A stretch of DNA of 64,000 nt from Acidobacteriota bacterium (GTDB lineage Bacteria > Acidobacteriota > UBA890 > WLXD01), in NCBI GenBank assembly GCA_963666215.2, contig CAXWPL010000005.1, positions 1,440,001 through 1,504,000 of the forward strand, written 5' to 3'. The position numbers were made by a program, and so were the translations under genes. Below are positions 1-9,791 of this stretch, in pieces; positions within the stretch are counted from its first letter, which is position 1; each line of letters starts with the position of its first letter. A model generated the notes under the pieces. The model did not search any database, was not told the origin of the DNA, and saw only the letters and a list, made by a program, of their open reading frames with translations.

Positions 1-135
1 CTCCCTCAAGGCCTGAACCGCGAGGAGCTCCTCGAGGAGATGGCCGGTCACATCCTGGGACAGGGAGACCTCGTTCCGATCTATGAGCGCGGGCGGTCGC
101 GCGAGCCCAGGGGCGCGTTTCCTCGTAGGTCATAA
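1..135 (+). pseudogene. 3' end of YbhB/YbcL (PEBP/Raf kinase inhibitor-like) protein, partial at window edge
   Basis: Frame 1 reads LPQGLNREELLEEMAGHILGQGDLVPIYER, typical YbhB C-terminus; runs into foreign sequence after ~90. Confidence 0.55.
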
Positions 136-331
136 ATGACATCGGGGCGACGAGCCCGCTGAGGTTGAAGCCGCCCGTGCGGTGACATGTCTGACAGTTC
201 TCTTGCACGATCGGCAAGACGTCTTTGTAGTACGTCAAGGCTGCTTCTTTGTCAGCGGCCATTCCGGGCATGGCTACCAGCCCTATGGCGACGAGAACGA
301 CGAGCGAGACGACGCCTGGCTTCAACTTCAT
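90..331 (-). pseudogene. N-terminal fragment of exported c-type cytochrome domain protein
   Basis: RBS AGGAG, signal peptide MKLKPGVVSLVV..., then TYYKDVLPIVQENCQTCHR (CxxCH)...APMSFMTYEETRPWAR; truncated near 90. Confidence 0.65.
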
Positions 332-501
332 GCTTTGCTCCTGCAGTCGGAGAAGGCGGCGCCAACAGATAGGCCTATTCGCCGATTGCCTGCCAATCTA
401 TCTCAAGGCTTGGTCAAGAAGACAGATCGAGCGCCAGGACCGACTCGCGGTCTCTCACGGCTTGTCACCGAGCAGTGTCGGGGCCGGCTATTGCGTGGAA
501 A

Positions 502-2259
502 TCAGTCCGCCTCGGGTAGGGCGAAGACCCAGAGCACCCCGCCGAAGGGGATGTAGGTCTTGGTACCGAAAAATCGATCGATGGCGCGGGTCCCACGCTG
601 GGCATCGACTCCCCAGCCCGATTGGACAGCGACGTACTGGGTGCCGTCGATCTCGTAGGACGAGGGCACTCCGGTAATCCCCGAGTTGGTGCGCTGCCGC
701 CAGAGGATATCGCCCGTCGTGGCGTCGAAAGCACGGAAGTATCGGTCGCTGGTACCGCCCATGAACACCAGGCCCCCTCCGGTGGTGAGCACCGGCCCCC
801 ACAGCTGGAGCTCGAACTCCTGGGTCCACACCTTCTTGCCGGCATTGAGATCCCAGGCCTGGAGCTCTCCGATGTGATCCCAGCCCTCGCGCAGAAAAAA
901 GCTCCCCCCGCCTTTGTTTTTTTTGGCGGCTCCGCTACGACGAGCACCTGTGGCCACGCCGGTGAAACGGCGGCCGGGGCGGTACTCGATCTCCTCGCCT
1001 TCCAAGGAGGAACACGTGTTCTCGTTGGCGGGAATGTAGAGCAGGCCCGTCTTCGGGTTGTAGGCCGCGGGCGGCCAGTTTTTGCCGCCAGCCACGCCCG
1101 GACAGGTGAGCGCCGATTTGCCGGTACCGGGCGTGTGCTCGGGGTCGTAAGAGGGGCGCCCGGTCTTCGCGTCGATCGAAGTGAACGCATTCTGGTAGAC
1201 GTAGGGCACAGCGTCGATAAAGCGGATGGCTTTCTTCTTGCGCTCGAGAATCCAGAGATAGCCGTTGCGCCCAGGGTGGACCAGGACCTTGCGTGTGCGG
1301 CTGCCACGCTTCACATCCAGCAGCATCGGGGGGTCGACCTCGTCCCAGTCCCAGGAGCCGTTCCAGTGATATTGGTGATGGCCTCGCAGCTTGCCCGAGT
1401 CGGCATCGAGAGCGATGACCGAGGTGGCGTAGAGGTTGTCGCCCGGACGGGCGTCGCCCATCCAGGGACCTCCGTTGCCGGTGCCCCAGTAGGTCAGGTT
1501 TAGCTTCGGATCATAGGTGCCGGTGACCCAGACCGGGGCACCTCCGGTGCGCCAGGTCTCGCCCGGCCAGCTCTTGTGCCCGCGCTCGCCGGGGCCGGGA
1601 ATGGTGTAGGTCTTCCACACTTCGTCCCCGGACTCGGCGTCGAGCGCGGTGACGAATCCGCGGATGCCAAACTCTCCGCCAGAAACGCCGACCATGATCT
1701 TGCCGTTGATCGCCAGCGGCGCCATGGTCATGTAGTAGCCGACGGAGTAGTCCTCCACCGCCTTTTCCCACACCACCTCACCGGTCGTCGCTTCCAGTGC
1801 GACGACGAAGGCATCGACTGTCGCGACATAGACCTTGTCTTGCCACAGCGCCACGCCCCGGTTGGTGGGGTGCAGCTGCTGCAGGTCTTCGGGCAGGTCG
1901 CGCACGTAGCGCCACAGTGGATTGCCGGTGCGCGCGTCGAGAGCGATGATGCGGCTGCCCGGGGTGGTGATGAACATGATGCCGTCGTTGACGATGGGCG
2001 GTGACTGGTGTCCCTCGTTCGCGCTGGTGGAGAAGGTCCACAGCGGAGCGAGCGAAGCTACGTTGGAGGTGTCGATCTGCTCCAGGGGGCTGTAGCCCCA
2101 ACCGTCGTAGGTGCGGCGATACATGAGCCAGTTCTCGGGCTCGGGCTCGAGCAGCCTCTCTTGGGTGACCGGACGGTAGGCCGGTGAATCCTGGGCGGCG
2201 AGGGCCGCCGGGACGACCAGGGTGGCAATGAGCACGAGGATTTTGCTGGAACAAATCAT
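502..2259 (-). CDS. PQQ-dependent dehydrogenase (methanol/ethanol-type beta-propeller), copy 1
   Basis: Signal peptide, NRGVA, GGEFG, WGTGNG, WDWDE, CPGVAGGKNW, tryptophan-docking repeats; ATG overlaps the Rieske stop (TGATG). Confidence 0.92.
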   Translation of the reverse strand: MICSSKILVLIATLVVPAALAAQDSPAYRPVTQERLLEPEPENWLMYRRTYDGWGYSPLEQIDTSNVASLAPLWTFSTSANEGHQSPPIVNDGIMFITTPGSRIIALDARTGNPLWRYVRDLPEDLQQLHPTNRGVALWQDKVYVATVDAFVVALEATTGEVVWEKAVEDYSVGYYMTMAPLAINGKIMVGVSGGEFGIRGFVTALDAESGDEVWKTYTIPGPGERGHKSWPGETWRTGGAPVWVTGTYDPKLNLTYWGTGNGGPWMGDARPGDNLYATSVIALDADSGKLRGHHQYHWNGSWDWDEVDPPMLLDVKRGSRTRKVLVHPGRNGYLWILERKKKAIRFIDAVPYVYQNAFTSIDAKTGRPSYDPEHTPGTGKSALTCPGVAGGKNWPPAAYNPKTGLLYIPANENTCSSLEGEEIEYRPGRRFTGVATGARRSGAAKKNKGGGSFFLREGWDHIGELQAWDLNAGKKVWTQEFELQLWGPVLTTGGGLVFMGGTSDRYFRAFDATTGDILWRQRTNSGITGVPSSYEIDGTQYVAVQSGWGVDAQRGTRAIDRFFGTKTYIPFGGVLWVFALPEAD

Positions 2260-2831
2260 CAGAGCTCCTTTTGGAAACGGATCTTGCCGCTGAAGCTGCC
2301 GGCAGCGATGAGGGTCCCATCCTCCTGCTTGAGGGGAAGGTAGGGAAGCCTCCGCGGCGCCGGGCCGGAGATTACCACGGCGCTGTTGCGCGGATCGAAC
2401 TCGGTCTCGTGACAGGAGCAGAGCATGTAGCGTGTCCCGTCGTCCCACATCGAAATATCACATCCGGTGTGGGTGCAAATCCCCGAGTAGGCAACGACTC
2501 CCTCGGCCGAGACCGCTCGCGTCTCCTCGGCGAGCTCCTCGGGATCGAAGCGAAGCACGAGTACCTGATTGAGCCGCGAGCCATCTCGCACCACTCCGGT
2601 GTTCGGGTCCTTGGCGTAGCAGGTCACCTGCTCGCCGTTCGGCTCGAGATCGGCGATTCTGACCGTCTCTCCCTGCTTGTCTCCGAAGGCGTAGATGAGG
2701 AAGTCGCCTTCTTGCGGACGCGCCTTTCGCGCCGCCTCCTCGTCCTGGGCATGCGCACGTCCGACCCCGCGCAGGCCCAGCAAGAACGCGAGGGTCGACT
2801 TGAAGAGGGTACGGCGATCTCTTGGCTTCAT
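2259..2831 (-). CDS. Tat-exported Rieske [2Fe-2S] protein, copy 1
   Basis: DRRTLFK twin-arginine motif, CTHTGC and CSCH boxes, GPAPRRL. Confidence 0.92.
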   Translation of the reverse strand: MKPRDRRTLFKSTLAFLLGLRGVGRAHAQDEEAARKARPQEGDFLIYAFGDKQGETVRIADLEPNGEQVTCYAKDPNTGVVRDGSRLNQVLVLRFDPEELAEETRAVSAEGVVAYSGICTHTGCDISMWDDGTRYMLCSCHETEFDPRNSAVVISGPAPRRLPYLPLKQEDGTLIAAGSFSGKIRFQKEL

Positions 2832-2933
2832 TGCCGAAGCTGGAGCCTATCTCACAGCGCCTGGTACCGCGCGCTTAGGCCCAGCTCATGAAGGGGTAGC
2901 TACCACGTGCACCGATTAGCGAGCGGCCGGGAG

Positions 2934-4165
2934 ACGGGTAGGAAATCGCTTTTCTGAGCATGAGGAGCATGAGGGTTTTCGGAGGCCTGGGCGAGAGCTG
3001 GAGGTCCTGGGGGTCACTTCTCGGCGGCTCGACAGCAGGATTAGAGTGCGCGGTCCTGGCGGCAGGTGGGTCGCGAGAGTGCTTGGGGGCGTGCGCGGCA
3101 GCGGGGCCCCCCAGGAGTCCCCGGAGGGGGGCCAGAGGAGTCGAGGGTCCCCCGGGAGCGTCAGGCGCTCTTTGTGTCGGCAGGGATGGGTGTCTCAGGC
3201 AGGCTCATAGACCAGCTCGGGGGCTGGCGGTGAGTGAGCGAGGGGCTCCGGCTCTTGGGGTTCCGCCTGGATTCCCGCCAACAACCTGCGGATGGAAGAG
3301 AGCTTGGTGACGAAGGCCACGATTCTCACTTCGCCGCCGCAGTACGAGCACAGCAGGGGATCGATCTCGTACACCTTGCGCAGCAGGCGAGCCCAGCTGA
3401 TGCTCCGCCGCCGGGTCCTGTTCCCTGTGCTGGCGGTGGTCTCGGCGACCTGTGACGTGTCACCGGAGTGGGGAGCGCGGCGGCCCTTGCCCCGGGCAGC
3501 GTTTGAGTACAAGCCGCGCCGAGTAGACGACCTCTCCGCTCTCAGCATCCCACTCCAGACGGTCGAGGACGAGGGGGCAACGAATCATGGTTCGGCCGAG
3601 TCGTACCGCGCCCTGGCGGTTGGCATGAGGGGCATACGCAGCGCTGTTTGCAGGAGAACGCGACGATTGCGCTCTGACCGCATCCCTCGCACTTGAGGCG
3701 GGCGAAGCCCTGTTCGAGAAGGCCGCAGTCCTAGGCATCTTCAACGGCCCAAACGCGAAGAGATGGATCAAGTTTCGAAGCCTTTGAAGATGCCTGAGCC
3801 GCGCGGCGGGAGCCGCGCTTGGCGGGAAGCAAACTAGGGCGGCCCGTGGTAGTCACCACGGGTTGCACTAGTACCAGTACACCACCCTTGCGACCACGCT
3901 GCGCAGGTAGCCGAAGGTCGGCTCGAAACGATCTTCGTAGACCTGGAGGAAGCGCTCGAAGTGGTGTGTCAAGGCGCGGTACGCCACGCTCCGCTCCGGC
4001 CGCCGCCGGCGATAGACCTGGCTGTGAGCCGCCTCTGCCATTGCCTCCCGTCGAAGACAAGAGACGGAAAGCGGCGCTCAGATCTGGCACCGATCGCACC
4101 TGATGCTCTTCCGCCCCGAGCTCGGCTTCCGCTCGAACCTCGCTGGGGAACGACCGTGGGCGGCA
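2934..4165 (-). mobile_element. Degenerate IS91/ISCR-like rolling-circle element (ori-like end at 2934; transposase remnants 3195-4041)
   Basis: End reads AAAAGCGATTTCCTACCCGT on minus strand (oriIS-like); YRRRRPE, DCGLLEQGFARLKC..SCKQRCVCPSC Zn domain, YSNAARG, WARLLRKVYEIDPLLC; internal deletions. Confidence 0.85.
3731..3871. mobile_element. CTAG-bounded insertion made of two tiny inverted-repeat elements
   Basis: AGGCATCTTCAA...TTGAAGATGCCT and ctagGGCGGCCCGTGGT-agtc-ACCACGGGTTGCActag interrupt the transposase between VVYWY and DCG. Confidence 0.6.
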
Positions 4166-4223
4166 GCTTTCCCCCGGCTGCTGCAGCTGAGTTCAACGCT
4201 GCGTGCCTTGATACGATCGGTCC

Positions 4224-4480
4224 ATGAGGGTCTCAGAAACACCCAGCGTCATTCATTCGGATCCTGAGATCCTCGGTGGCGCACCCGTTTTCCGCGGTAC
4301 GCGGGTCCCGGTCAAGAATCTCTTCGACTACCTGGAAGCTGGCAATCCACTCGAGAGGTTCCTAGATCACTTCCCACGGTTTCGCGCGAGCAGGCGTTGG
4401 CGGCTCTAGAAGAGGCAGCTGAAGGCCTTATCCGCAATGCGACTGCTTCTCGATGAATCGGTTCCTCGGCAGCCTTGCGC
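4224..4480 (+). pseudogene. DUF433 antitoxin (frameshifted) plus stub of DUF5615/PIN toxin
   Basis: IHSDPEILGGAPVFRGTRVPV; then MRLLLDESVPR at 4437, truncated. Confidence 0.75.
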
Positions 4481-4534
4481 GAGCTGGATGCTGATCGTGG
4501 AATCGGATCCGAGAGTCCGCGGTATGCTTAGGAC

Positions 4535-4777
4535 ATGGGAGCTGCGTCTGATACCTGGCAGGACTTCATTGCTGTCGATCCAGCGATATGCCACGGACGG
4601 GCCTGCATACGGGGTACCCGCGTCATGGTGTCTGTGATCCTAGACAACTTGGCTGCGGGACTATCGGCGGAAGAGATCCGAGCCAGCTACCCGACGGTGA
4701 GCAAGCAGGCTCTTCAGGCCGTTATGGGCTATGCGGCCGACCTGGCACGGGAGCGCATCGTCGACATCTCGTCGTAG
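4535..4777 (+). CDS. DUF433 family antitoxin
   Basis: DPAICHGRACIRGTRVMVSVILDNLAAG...YP. Confidence 0.85.
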   Translation: MGAASDTWQDFIAVDPAICHGRACIRGTRVMVSVILDNLAAGLSAEEIRASYPTVSKQALQAVMGYAADLARERIVDISS

Positions 4778-4786
4778 AGGCCCGTG

Positions 4787-4892
4787 GTGAGGTTCAAGGT
4801 CGACGAGAACCTCCCCGTCGAGATTGCTCAGAGTCTCGGTGAATCCGGCTATGACGCTCAGACGGTCCCGGACGAGGGACTTTGCGGCGCAG
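4787..4892 (+). pseudogene. Truncated DUF5615 (PIN-like) toxin
   Basis: GTG start, RFKVDENLPVEIAQSL...QTVPDEGLCGA then break. Confidence 0.7.
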
Positions 4893-4924
4893 ACGGACAG
4901 ACGACGGCCCAAGCACGACTGTGA

Positions 4925-5245
4925 GTGAAACGCTCGCACAGATTCAAGCCCTGGTACAGCGCGCTGAAGTCCCGTGTTTCCCTACACGGGTATGACGAGC
5001 TCGCCGACGACGAGATCAGCGTGCGAGACATCGTCAGCGGGGTAGGGGACGCCGTCCTGATCGAGGACTACCCGGATTACCTGAAAGGCCCATGCTGCCT
5101 CGTGTTGCAGCGAGATGGAGCAGGGCGACCGATTCATGTAGTCTGGGGTATCAGGGCGGGTCGAAACTCTCCGGCCGTCGTTGTCACGGCATATCGACCC
5201 GATCCGAAGAAGTGGGAGGAGTCGTGGCAAAAGAGGCGGACATGA
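4925..5245 (+). CDS. DUF4258 family toxin-like protein (5' end possibly damaged)
   Basis: [28 protein letters not shown]. Confidence 0.75.
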   Translation: MKRSHRFKPWYSALKSRVSLHGYDELADDEISVRDIVSGVGDAVLIEDYPDYLKGPCCLVLQRDGAGRPIHVVWGIRAGRNSPAVVVTAYRPDPKKWEESWQKRRT

Positions 5246-5460
5246 GCGACCGATCGACGACGAAGCTCGTTCGCGAAGGCGACTTTGTCGCCGAGGTGGC
5301 TGTGCGCCTCGTCGAAGACGAGAGCGGCTGGTCACCGTATCTGTCTCTTGAGGACGCGTTCAAGCTCGATGAGGTCCGGGACGCGCTGCGAGCGGGAGAC
5401 GTGAAGCGAGCGGCCCAGCTCGCTGCTTTCCTCTACCGGCTGACGCCGGTGGAAGCCTGA
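5242..5460 (+). CDS. Small partner (putative antitoxin) of the DUF4258 protein
   Basis: ATGA overlap; [14 protein letters not shown]...[17 protein letters not shown]. Confidence 0.65.
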   Translation: MSDRSTTKLVREGDFVAEVAVRLVEDESGWSPYLSLEDAFKLDEVRDALRAGDVKRAAQLAAFLYRLTPVEA

Positions 5461-5754
5461 CGAACAAAACCCGACGTCCGCACGTCGTCACGAGTCTCGG
5501 CAAGCTACTCCGACAAGGACCAATGCTACCTGCGAGCGCAAGTCGTGCAGTTTGAAGAGGCAGCCGCTGCGCCCATATCGGAACAGGGTGGGACTCCCCA
5601 AAAAGGATACCCGCCGGGGTGCATTTTCAGGTGCATCGAGTGGCAACAAAAGCCCATTCTCGGCCGCGAAGGTCAACAACAGATCTGCCTCTAAATCGTT
5701 CTTTTTCTTACAGTTGAGAGTGGGGGAGAGTTGCCTCCAATTGGCCCAGGCCCG

Positions 5755-5810
5755 TCTCAAAATCCCCCGCCCGCAAGGGCGTGAGGGTTCAAATCCCTCC
5801 CCCGGTACCA
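5755..5810 (+). tRNA. 3' half of tRNA-Leu(CAA), att-site remnant, not a full tRNA
   Basis: CTCAAAA anticodon loop, long variable arm, GGTTCAAATCC T-loop, CCA end; no 5' half upstream. Confidence 0.85.
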
Positions 5811-5875
5811 CTCTAAATAGTTAATAACAAGCGACTTAGTATCGATCTCGATGCTCCGCGAATAATCGGCTGGCA

Positions 5876-7910
5876 GTGCGACACGAAGGAGGAATCTGAT
5901 GACCTGATCGAAAGACAGAGATAGGAGACCTCTGGGTCTCGAAGGCCGGCGGGTGAAAGTCCCGCCCGGGGAGTTGTCGGTACACCCCGGTAGCCGCCGG
6001 AGCAGTCGATGCGGGTGACCGTCCGGCTGAAGCCTCCGGAACAGCTGGAGTAAGTCCAGTGGGCAAAGGTGCAGGCCGCAACGCGAGTGAACCCTGAGAA
6101 GGCCCCGAAAGTTACTTGCTGGAGCCGACCCTCCTGCCATAAGGGGAAGGCCGCCGCTCGACGGAGGAGCAACCGACCGTTGAATCCGCCGAATCCAGCC
6201 GGGGTAGTGGGGGTGGCATGTACCGAAGGTCTTTGAGGCAACGTGTGAGACCCACGTCGGTGGCGGGTTGCGACCGCCAACCGGGAAGGCGTAAAAGGTC
6301 GTTCTCGGGCCGTTGTGGGAGTCGGAGGGGCTTGTATTACTGAGGAAGCCGGGTAACTCCGGTGAAGGGAAGGAGCCCTAGTTCTGGTGCGCTTTGGAAG
6401 GAGAAGGAGACCGGGATTGACGCAAAGTCTAGGACCCGAACGAGTCGAGCGACTCCGGAAGAAGCTGTGTGACAAGGCCAAGCGAGAGCCCGACTTTCGC
6501 TTCTACACCCTGTACGACAAGGTCTGCTGGCCCGAGACCCTATCTGTGGCCTACGCCCGCGCGAAAGCCAACCGGGGAGGCCCGGGAGTGGACGGAGTCC
6601 GGTTCGAGGAGATCGAGTCGTATGGGGTCGAGCGATGGCTGGGAGAGCTCCGAGAGGAGCTGGTAGAGGAAAGCTACCGTCCGCAACCGGTGCGGCGGGT
6701 GAAGATTAGGAAGCCCGGCGGCGGAGAGCGTGCGCTCGGGATCCCGACGATTCGGGATCGAGTGGCGCAAACCGCCGCAGTGCTGATCCTCGAGCCGATC
6801 TTCGAGGCCGATTTTGAAGAGAACGTGTATGGGTATCGACCGAAGCGGAGCGCCCATGATGCGCTAGCTGCCGTACGAGACGGTTTGTACGAGGGCCAGG
6901 CCCACGTCGTCGACGCCGACATCGCCCAGTACTTTGACACGATTCCCCATGGGGATTTGCTGAAGTCGGTGGCGCGTCGGATCGCCGATGGGAAGATCCT
7001 GCGACTCTTGAAGCTGTGGCTGAAGTCTCCAGTGGACGAGCAAGATGGCTCGGGTCGCTGGCGACGGACAGGCGGCAAGAAGAGGAAGCGGGGGATTCCG
7101 CAGGGTGGGGTGGTCTCACCCCTCCTGGCCAACATCTACATCAACCGGCTCGTGCGTCACTGGCGCAACTCAGGCGCCTCGAAACGCCTAGGTCAGATCG
7201 TCTCTTACGCCGATGATTTCGTCATCCTGTGCAGGAGCGAGGCGCAGGCTCGCGAGAGCTTGGATCTCGTCTCTCACTGGCTGACAAAGCTCGGCTTAGC
7301 GATTCACCCGGACAAGACCCGCCTGTGCGGGGTGTGGGAGGAGTCGTTCGACTTTCTGGGGTACACCTTCAGATCGCATCGACGCTTCCGCACCGGCCAG
7401 CGGATCTTGACTGCGAACCCTTCGAAGAAGGCCCAGAAATGGCTCCGTTTCCCGCCGCCTCTCATCGAACCGTGCTTGCGGTTCTCCCGCACACGGCTCC
7501 CGGACTGGCTTCACGACGAGGCATGCGCGAGTCGACCCTTTCGATCCCGGTACTGCTTGATGTCGAGGACTGCGGCTGAGCCGTAGACCTCGGAGGCAGA
7601 AAACCGGGCGACTCCTTGCGATTGGAGTTTGTGTCGTCGACAGAGGAATCGTCGGGCACGTCTCGCGACATGCCACCAGACGGCGCGATCCGCAGCTGCC
7701 GTCCATCCGAAGCTGAAGTAGTTGGCCCATCCCATCAAAAGACGGTTCAGCTGCAGACGCAGCTCGGGCCAGGGCTCCGGGTTCCCCCGATACAGCAGGG
7801 CGTTGACCTTCTCCTGGAGCCATGGTCAGGAGATTGAGGCACTCGCAAACGAAAGGGCGAGAAAACAGATGGGCCTGACCTACAGCCACCGCGCCCGCCG
7901 TCGACTCCAC
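5876..7910 (+). mobile_element. Group II intron with internal inversion
   Basis: 5' GTGCG, 3' GACTCCAC, RT ORF; domain V GAGCCGTGTGCGGGAGAACCGCAAGCACGGTTC lies on the minus strand within 7439-7823. Confidence 0.92.
6417..7823 (+). pseudogene. ltrA: Group II intron reverse transcriptase/maturase, C-terminal domain X inverted
   Basis: LGIPTIRDR, PQGG, YADD, FDFLG; flipping 7439-7823 restores KWLQEKVN...GWANYF. Confidence 0.9.
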
Positions 7911-7935
7911 CCTAGGGGCAGCCGGAGGCTGCCGG

Positions 7936-8368
7936 GCTGCTGCGAGGGGTCGGGAATGTGCTGGGTGAGACGGGCGATGAAGTCCAGGACATCCCAGCGG
8001 GCCACAGTGCCGTAGGGGCTGGCCGTGCGCCGCGGCCGCGCCGAGTAGACGACCTCTCCGCTCTCAGCATCCCACTCCAGACGGTCGAGGACGAGGGGGC
8101 AACGAATCATGTATCGGCCGAGTCGTACCGCGCCCTGGCGGTCCTCAGCCCGCACCGAGCCGGTGGTCTCGGCGACCTGTGACGTGTCACCGGAGTCGGG
8201 AGCGCGGCGGCGCTTGCCCCGGGCAGCGTTTGAGTAGAATCCCCAGTACCTCACGAGCTGCTGCGAGGGGTCGGGAATGTGCTGGGTGAGACGGGCGATG
8301 AAGTCCAGGACATCCCAGCGGGCCACAGTGCCGTAGGGGCTGGCCGTGCGCCGCGGCCGCGCCGAGTA
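7936..8368 (-). mobile_element. IS91-like transposase fragments with ~110 bp tandem duplication
   Basis: GRYMIRCP, QHIPDPSQQLVRYWGFYSN; 7936-8047 repeated at 8258-8368. Confidence 0.85.
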
Positions 8369-8369
8369 A

Positions 8370-8583
8370 CAACCTCGAGGACTACTTGACGCTCAACCTG
8401 AATGCCACCTACCAGTTCCCGATCAAGGGTGGGGTGCAAGGCATTATCGGCGGCGAGGTTGCCAACGTCACCAACGAGCAGGCCCAGGTCAGGATCAACT
8501 CCTTGAACGGCAGACCGCCCCCCTCGATCCAAAGTTTCCAGTTCCCGCGGGAGTATCGCCTCAAGCTCGGTTTCCGATTCTGA
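8370..8583 (+). pseudogene. C-terminal fragment of TonB-dependent receptor-like outer membrane protein
   Basis: NVTNEQ...PREYRLKLGFRF, terminal Phe beta-signal. Confidence 0.6.
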
Positions 8584-8619
8584 GCGCGTCGAAGCAACAT
8601 CGGCTTAGCTGAGATTGCA

Positions 8620-8762
8620 AAACACCGGCGGCGGCCGCCGGTGTTTTTCTTTGTGCCGAGACAGGAGCGTCTGAGACCGGCTGGCTTCGGCCGCCGGTGT
8701 TTTTCTTTTGTGCCGAGGCGCAGGCGTCTGAGACCGGCGGCCGCCGCCGGTGTTTTTTTATG
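8620..8762 (+). terminator. Three tandem intrinsic-terminator-like hairpins
   Basis: ACCGGC...GCCGGTG followed by a T-run, three times, with linker TGTGCCGAG..GCGTCTGAG. Confidence 0.7.
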
Positions 8763-9112
8763 TCTTGTCGGCTTCGCGCGTGAAGCGCCAGCTCTCGCCG
8801 CGCAGCGCTTCGGCGAGGAAGCCTTGCGTCGAGGGTCTCTCGAGCTCCCGGCGGGTGTAGGCAAAGACATCCATGCCGACGGGGAAGGACTCCGGAACAG
8901 TCCGGGCTTCGGTCACGGAAGCGCCTGCCCGACCCACTGAGGATCAAAAGCACGTCGATGTCGCTTCCTGGCGCGTAGGTGCCGCGGGGAAAGGAGCCGA
9001 ACACCACTACTTCCTCGACCTCGGGACGAGTCTCGAGCAGGCGACGGGCGAACTCGGCAGTCTGCTTCCGAATCGCCTCGAAGTCAATCGATTTGACGAC
9101 CACAGAGCTCAA
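8758..9112 (-). pseudogene. MNT nucleotidyltransferase antitoxin, frameshifted near 8895
   Basis: VVFGSFPRG..PGSDIDVL motif; tail FPVGMDVFAYT in another frame. Confidence 0.75.
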
Positions 9113-9473
9113 GAATCTCTCCGGCGGCGGCGATGGCGCGCTCGGCTTCTGAAGAAGTGTAGAAATCGGTTGGTGCGCCCTGCTCCAATCCGTTGGGATC
9201 GCGGGTCGGGATGTAGTGCTTATCGAGCTCCTTGGCTCGATCAAACAGGGAGCTCTCGATCTCGACCCTCTCGCCGAGATGGCCCAGGAGAAGTGAGAGC
9301 GTGTGACCCCATGCATCGAGATGCAACTTCTGGAAGACCGCCTTGATCGCCTTCTCGGCGGCCTGATGACAGGCAAAGGCCGCCCAATCGTAATCGCCGT
9401 CGTCGCGAGAGTTCTTCGCATGGCGCAGATCCGCCTGTGCCTGGCGCATCCAGTCTTGTGATCTCTCGGGCAT
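9084..9473 (-). CDS. HEPN domain protein
   Basis: WMRQAQADL, AAFACHQAAEKAIKA, WGH, YIPTR. Confidence 0.85.
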   Translation of the reverse strand: MPERSQDWMRQAQADLRHAKNSRDDGDYDWAAFACHQAAEKAIKAVFQKLHLDAWGHTLSLLLGHLGERVEIESSLFDRAKELDKHYIPTRDPNGLEQGAPTDFYTSSEAERAIAAAGEILELCGRQID

Positions 9474-9479
9474 CTTGGC

Positions 9480-9735
9480 GAGAAGCATCCAGCGGGGGGC
9501 ACTCTGTCGATTGTGGCGGTCCGCGAAAGCGGTCTCCGCGGTGAGGACGGAGGGCGGCTCGGAGTTGAAGCGCACTCCCAGGTCCCGTCCTTTCTCGCGC
9601 AAGAAGAGATGGAGCGACTTCAGAGTCCCGGTCTTCCCGGCCTTGACCTCGACCGGGACGATGCGGCTTCCCTGCGAGAGGATGTAGTCGACCTCGGCGG
9701 CAGAGCCCGGCTTTTCCCACGCCGTGCTCGTAGTA
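9480..9735 (-). pseudogene. DUF4143 (AAA ATPase C-terminal) fragment
   Basis: AEVDYIL..IVPVEVKAGKTGTLKSLHLF. Confidence 0.6.
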
Positions 9736-9791
9736 CAATCGACCCTCTTGACCGCACAGAGTGGATCGACGGGTCTCGGAGAGGAGGATCA

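Larger units (their letters stand above)
479..2860. repeat. ~2.4 kb direct duplication (partner 17517-19877)
   Basis: Near-identical DNA covering Rieske + PQQ genes; scattered substitutions and one replaced loop. Confidence 0.95.

Noticed and set aside
5730-5810. Complete tRNA-Leu gene (also at 39280-39358)
   Set aside because: No acceptor-stem 5' strand or D-arm upstream; only the 3' half is present.
8620-8762. Possible mini-CRISPR array
   Set aside because: Linkers are similar to each other rather than unique spacers, units are terminator-like, and no cas genes are present.
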